Shown: piece after piece, positions 61,651 to 64,000 of the stretch
Layout of the letters: each line of letters begins with the position of its first letter
Position numbering within the stretch: the first letter of the stretch is position 1
Assembly (NCBI GenBank): GCA_001643675.2
Contig: LSRY02000018.1
Coordinates: 1,488,001-1,552,000, forward strand
DNA from: Monocercomonoides exilis PA203
Taxonomy: Eukaryota; Protista; Preaxostyla
DNA length: 64,000 bases
Direction: 5' to 3'
Made by a program: the position numbers and the translations under genes
Notes under the pieces: generated by a model
Database searches by the model: none
Told to the model about the DNA's origin: nothing
The model's input: the letters and a program-made list of their open reading frames with translations, nothing else

Positions 61651-64000
61651 TCATGTTGAAATGTGTTGGAGATCTCTAGTCAGATGATGCAATAGAACAT
61701 GAAGGACAAACGATGGTGAAGGAGAAAAGAAAGATTGAATATGAAGTGTTGCTCTCTCAAACGCAGCGCGAAGTGATCGGATGATGTTCTGTCATTCAAA
61801 ACAAGGGGGAAAAGCATTATTAAATTTTGGTTAAAAAAAAAAGAAAGAAAAATTTTTATTGAAGTTCCTAAGTAAATATGATGAAGAGGCAAACCTGATT
61901 TAATGGCAGATACATGTTCTTTTCAGCTGCAGGAGATTCCGCAGAAGAAGAGCTGCCGGCAAAGCTATTCTGCGCAGCAGGCACTCTGTGGAATGACAGG
62001 CACGAGCACACTTCGTATTTCCACTTGATTGTCGCAGAGTCAGTCGAAGCAGCCGATGCAGAACGTGCAAAAGAAGAAGGGAAACTCCCAATCATCTGAA
62101 ACACCTTCGAGCAAAACTGGCAGTTGTGAAGGCATTTCGTCTCCGAGCGGCTGAATGAGTCGTCTCCAGACTGAATTTCGTGTGGCGTCAGAGTTGTACA
62201 GAATGTTGCTCTGTTTAATGCTGCCATCGCTGCTGCTGGCTCTTCAGACGCAAGAATCGTGTTTCTGCGCTCTCTCCACGCTTCCTCTTGCTCTTGCCAC
62301 ACTTTTTCTCTGGCTTCTTCTTCTTCTTTCTCCCTCTCCTTCTCTTTCTCTTTTTCATTTTCATTTTCATTCTCTTTAACCTTTTTCTCTTTCTCATCTT
62401 TGCAATTGCCATCTTCATTCTTCTCCTCTTCTGCTTCCATTTTGTGTTCGTTCTTTTCATTTCGCATGTCACTCAGTCTGCTGGCGCCTTCTTCGAATGC
62501 AAATGGAATAGTGTCTCCTCGTCTTCTGTCCAGCGCCATCGAAACGTGCAAAGACAGAAAGAGAGGAGAAGAAAAGCGCTCTGCTGATTTTGATGACATT
62601 TGAGAATGCAAAACAGAATGAACCACTTCGCAGACTACAAACGACGATGTCACTTTGAGTGGAAGGCACTGGAAAAAGAGGCTGTGCGAATGAAGGCGCT
62701 CAGAGGAAGCAAGCGAAGAGGGAAGAAGAGTCGAGCTTTCTCCGAATGAAAATGTTGATTTGGGTACATGCACTTCAGTTGGAGCAGTCATTTGCTGTGT
62801 GCCATCTGCAGAAGTCGAAGAAGCAGAAGCAGAAGCAGAAGCAGAGAGAGTTGCTGTTGGCGTTGATTGTTTTGACTGAACACTCAAAACTTCTCCTGCT
62901 TTGCATTCGCTCTTCAGCCGCTTCAGCTCTCTCTTCTGCCTAACAGCTGCCTCAATCTCCTTTCTCGTCTCCTCGTCGCTCTTCACAGCAGCCATCGAAC
63001 TCGACGTCTTCTGCAGCTGCAGTACAATCTTCTGCTGCATTTCCTTCTTTTTGTTCTTTTCTGTCAATTCTTCCTCTGCTTTCCTGAGGGCTGCTTCGAT
63101 CACTTCTTCGTCTTTCTTCAGCAGCTGCTGTGTCAACAAGGCAGACTCTGCCGCCAGCCGAGCAAGTGGAACATCTTCATTCACTCCAGCAACGCCCAAC
63201 AACTTCGTGCGAGGCAGCGATTCAGACGAAGGCGCTTTCTCGTTCTCTTTCTCGTCTGTGTCTGATTGCATGCATTCTTCATTCTCAGCAGAAGAAGCAT
63301 CTGGAAGTGTCTGCAGAAGATTACGTGTTGTCTTTGGTGTCGATAAAATTGGCAGCACTTTTCCTTCTAATGCTGTTGGTGTTGATGCCCTTGACTGCGA
63401 CAGTGCGTTTTCCGCATTCTCTGAAGATTCATCTTTTGGCTCTTCCTCAACATCCATTCGATCTTCATGTTTGTCATCTTTCTCTTCCTCTCCGTTCGTC
63501 TGAGAATTTCCATTTTTTTTTGCATTGCTTTCCTCCTTTTCATCTGAAACAGATGCATTCAACTCATCTGATTGCATTCCGTTGTTTTCTTCTGCAACTT
63601 CCTTTCCATCTTCTCCTACTTTCTCCTTCTCATTCTCATTCTGATTTTTCTTCTCACCCTCCGTCTCCTTCTCCTTCCTCGCATGATCCAATGCAATCAG
63701 GAAGAAGTTCAGTCTGTCGAGTATCTTCTTCTCCTCGGCGCTGCTGTTCTGCCTCAATGGAATAAGCGGTGTAGCCAAGTTCTTCCGCTGGATGATGCTG
63801 CGGCGGAAGTGCAAGTCCATCCACAGCTCGCTCTTCACTGCAATGCTCCCGCCGGCTGCTTTGTCTGCTCCTCTATTTGTGCTTCTGCTGTCTCTCTGCT
63901 CAGCAAGCTCCTTCAGTCGCGCCAAGTTCGCTGCCACTTTCTCTCGGCTTCTTTTCAACTGCTCTTGAACCATCCGCGTCTCAGCAGCATGCAACGCCGT
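61651..64000 (-). CDS. Large low-complexity/coiled-coil protein, 5' end outside the window
   Basis: Open frame of more than 700 aa with E/K- and S-rich tracts, an intron at about 61893-61790, and a last exon NIIRSLRAAFE...HIST ending at TGA 61651. Confidence 0.65.

Noticed and set aside
1-64000. tRNA, rRNA or other ncRNA genes
   Set aside because: None were recognisable by eye. A tRNAscan-SE or Infernal run would be needed to exclude them.

Overview
AT-rich eukaryotic genomic DNA with short spliceosomal introns and the standard genetic code. The gene content suggests an anaerobic flagellate, and the lineage-specific families resemble those I recall from the oxymonad Monocercomonoides (inference, not a database result). 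Host genes: an NDR-type kinase (partial), an alpha/beta hydrolase, a multi-pass membrane protein, a Kelch/Cys-rich surface protein, a bacterial-like intronless deoC, a TBL1-like LisH-WD40 protein, an ATG27/M6PR-like receptor, two divergent paralogs of a helical family, a papain-like protease, a TmcB/C-like membrane protein ending in a hemerythrin-like domain, RPL35A and an ADP-forming acetyl-CoA synthetase. Two small spliced flagellar genes missed by the ORF track (RIIAD1-like and Flattop/CFAP126-like) flank the synthetase. Mobile DNA: two related intron-containing pogo-like transposons that share a position-conserved internal inverted repeat; a near-complete DIRS-like tyrosine-recombinase retrotransposon (gag, RT-RNaseH-methyltransferase, overlapping YR, short ITRs, three point lesions); a 945-bp foldback element; and several MITE-like palindromes. 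All calls come from reading the sequence by eye; no searches were run.
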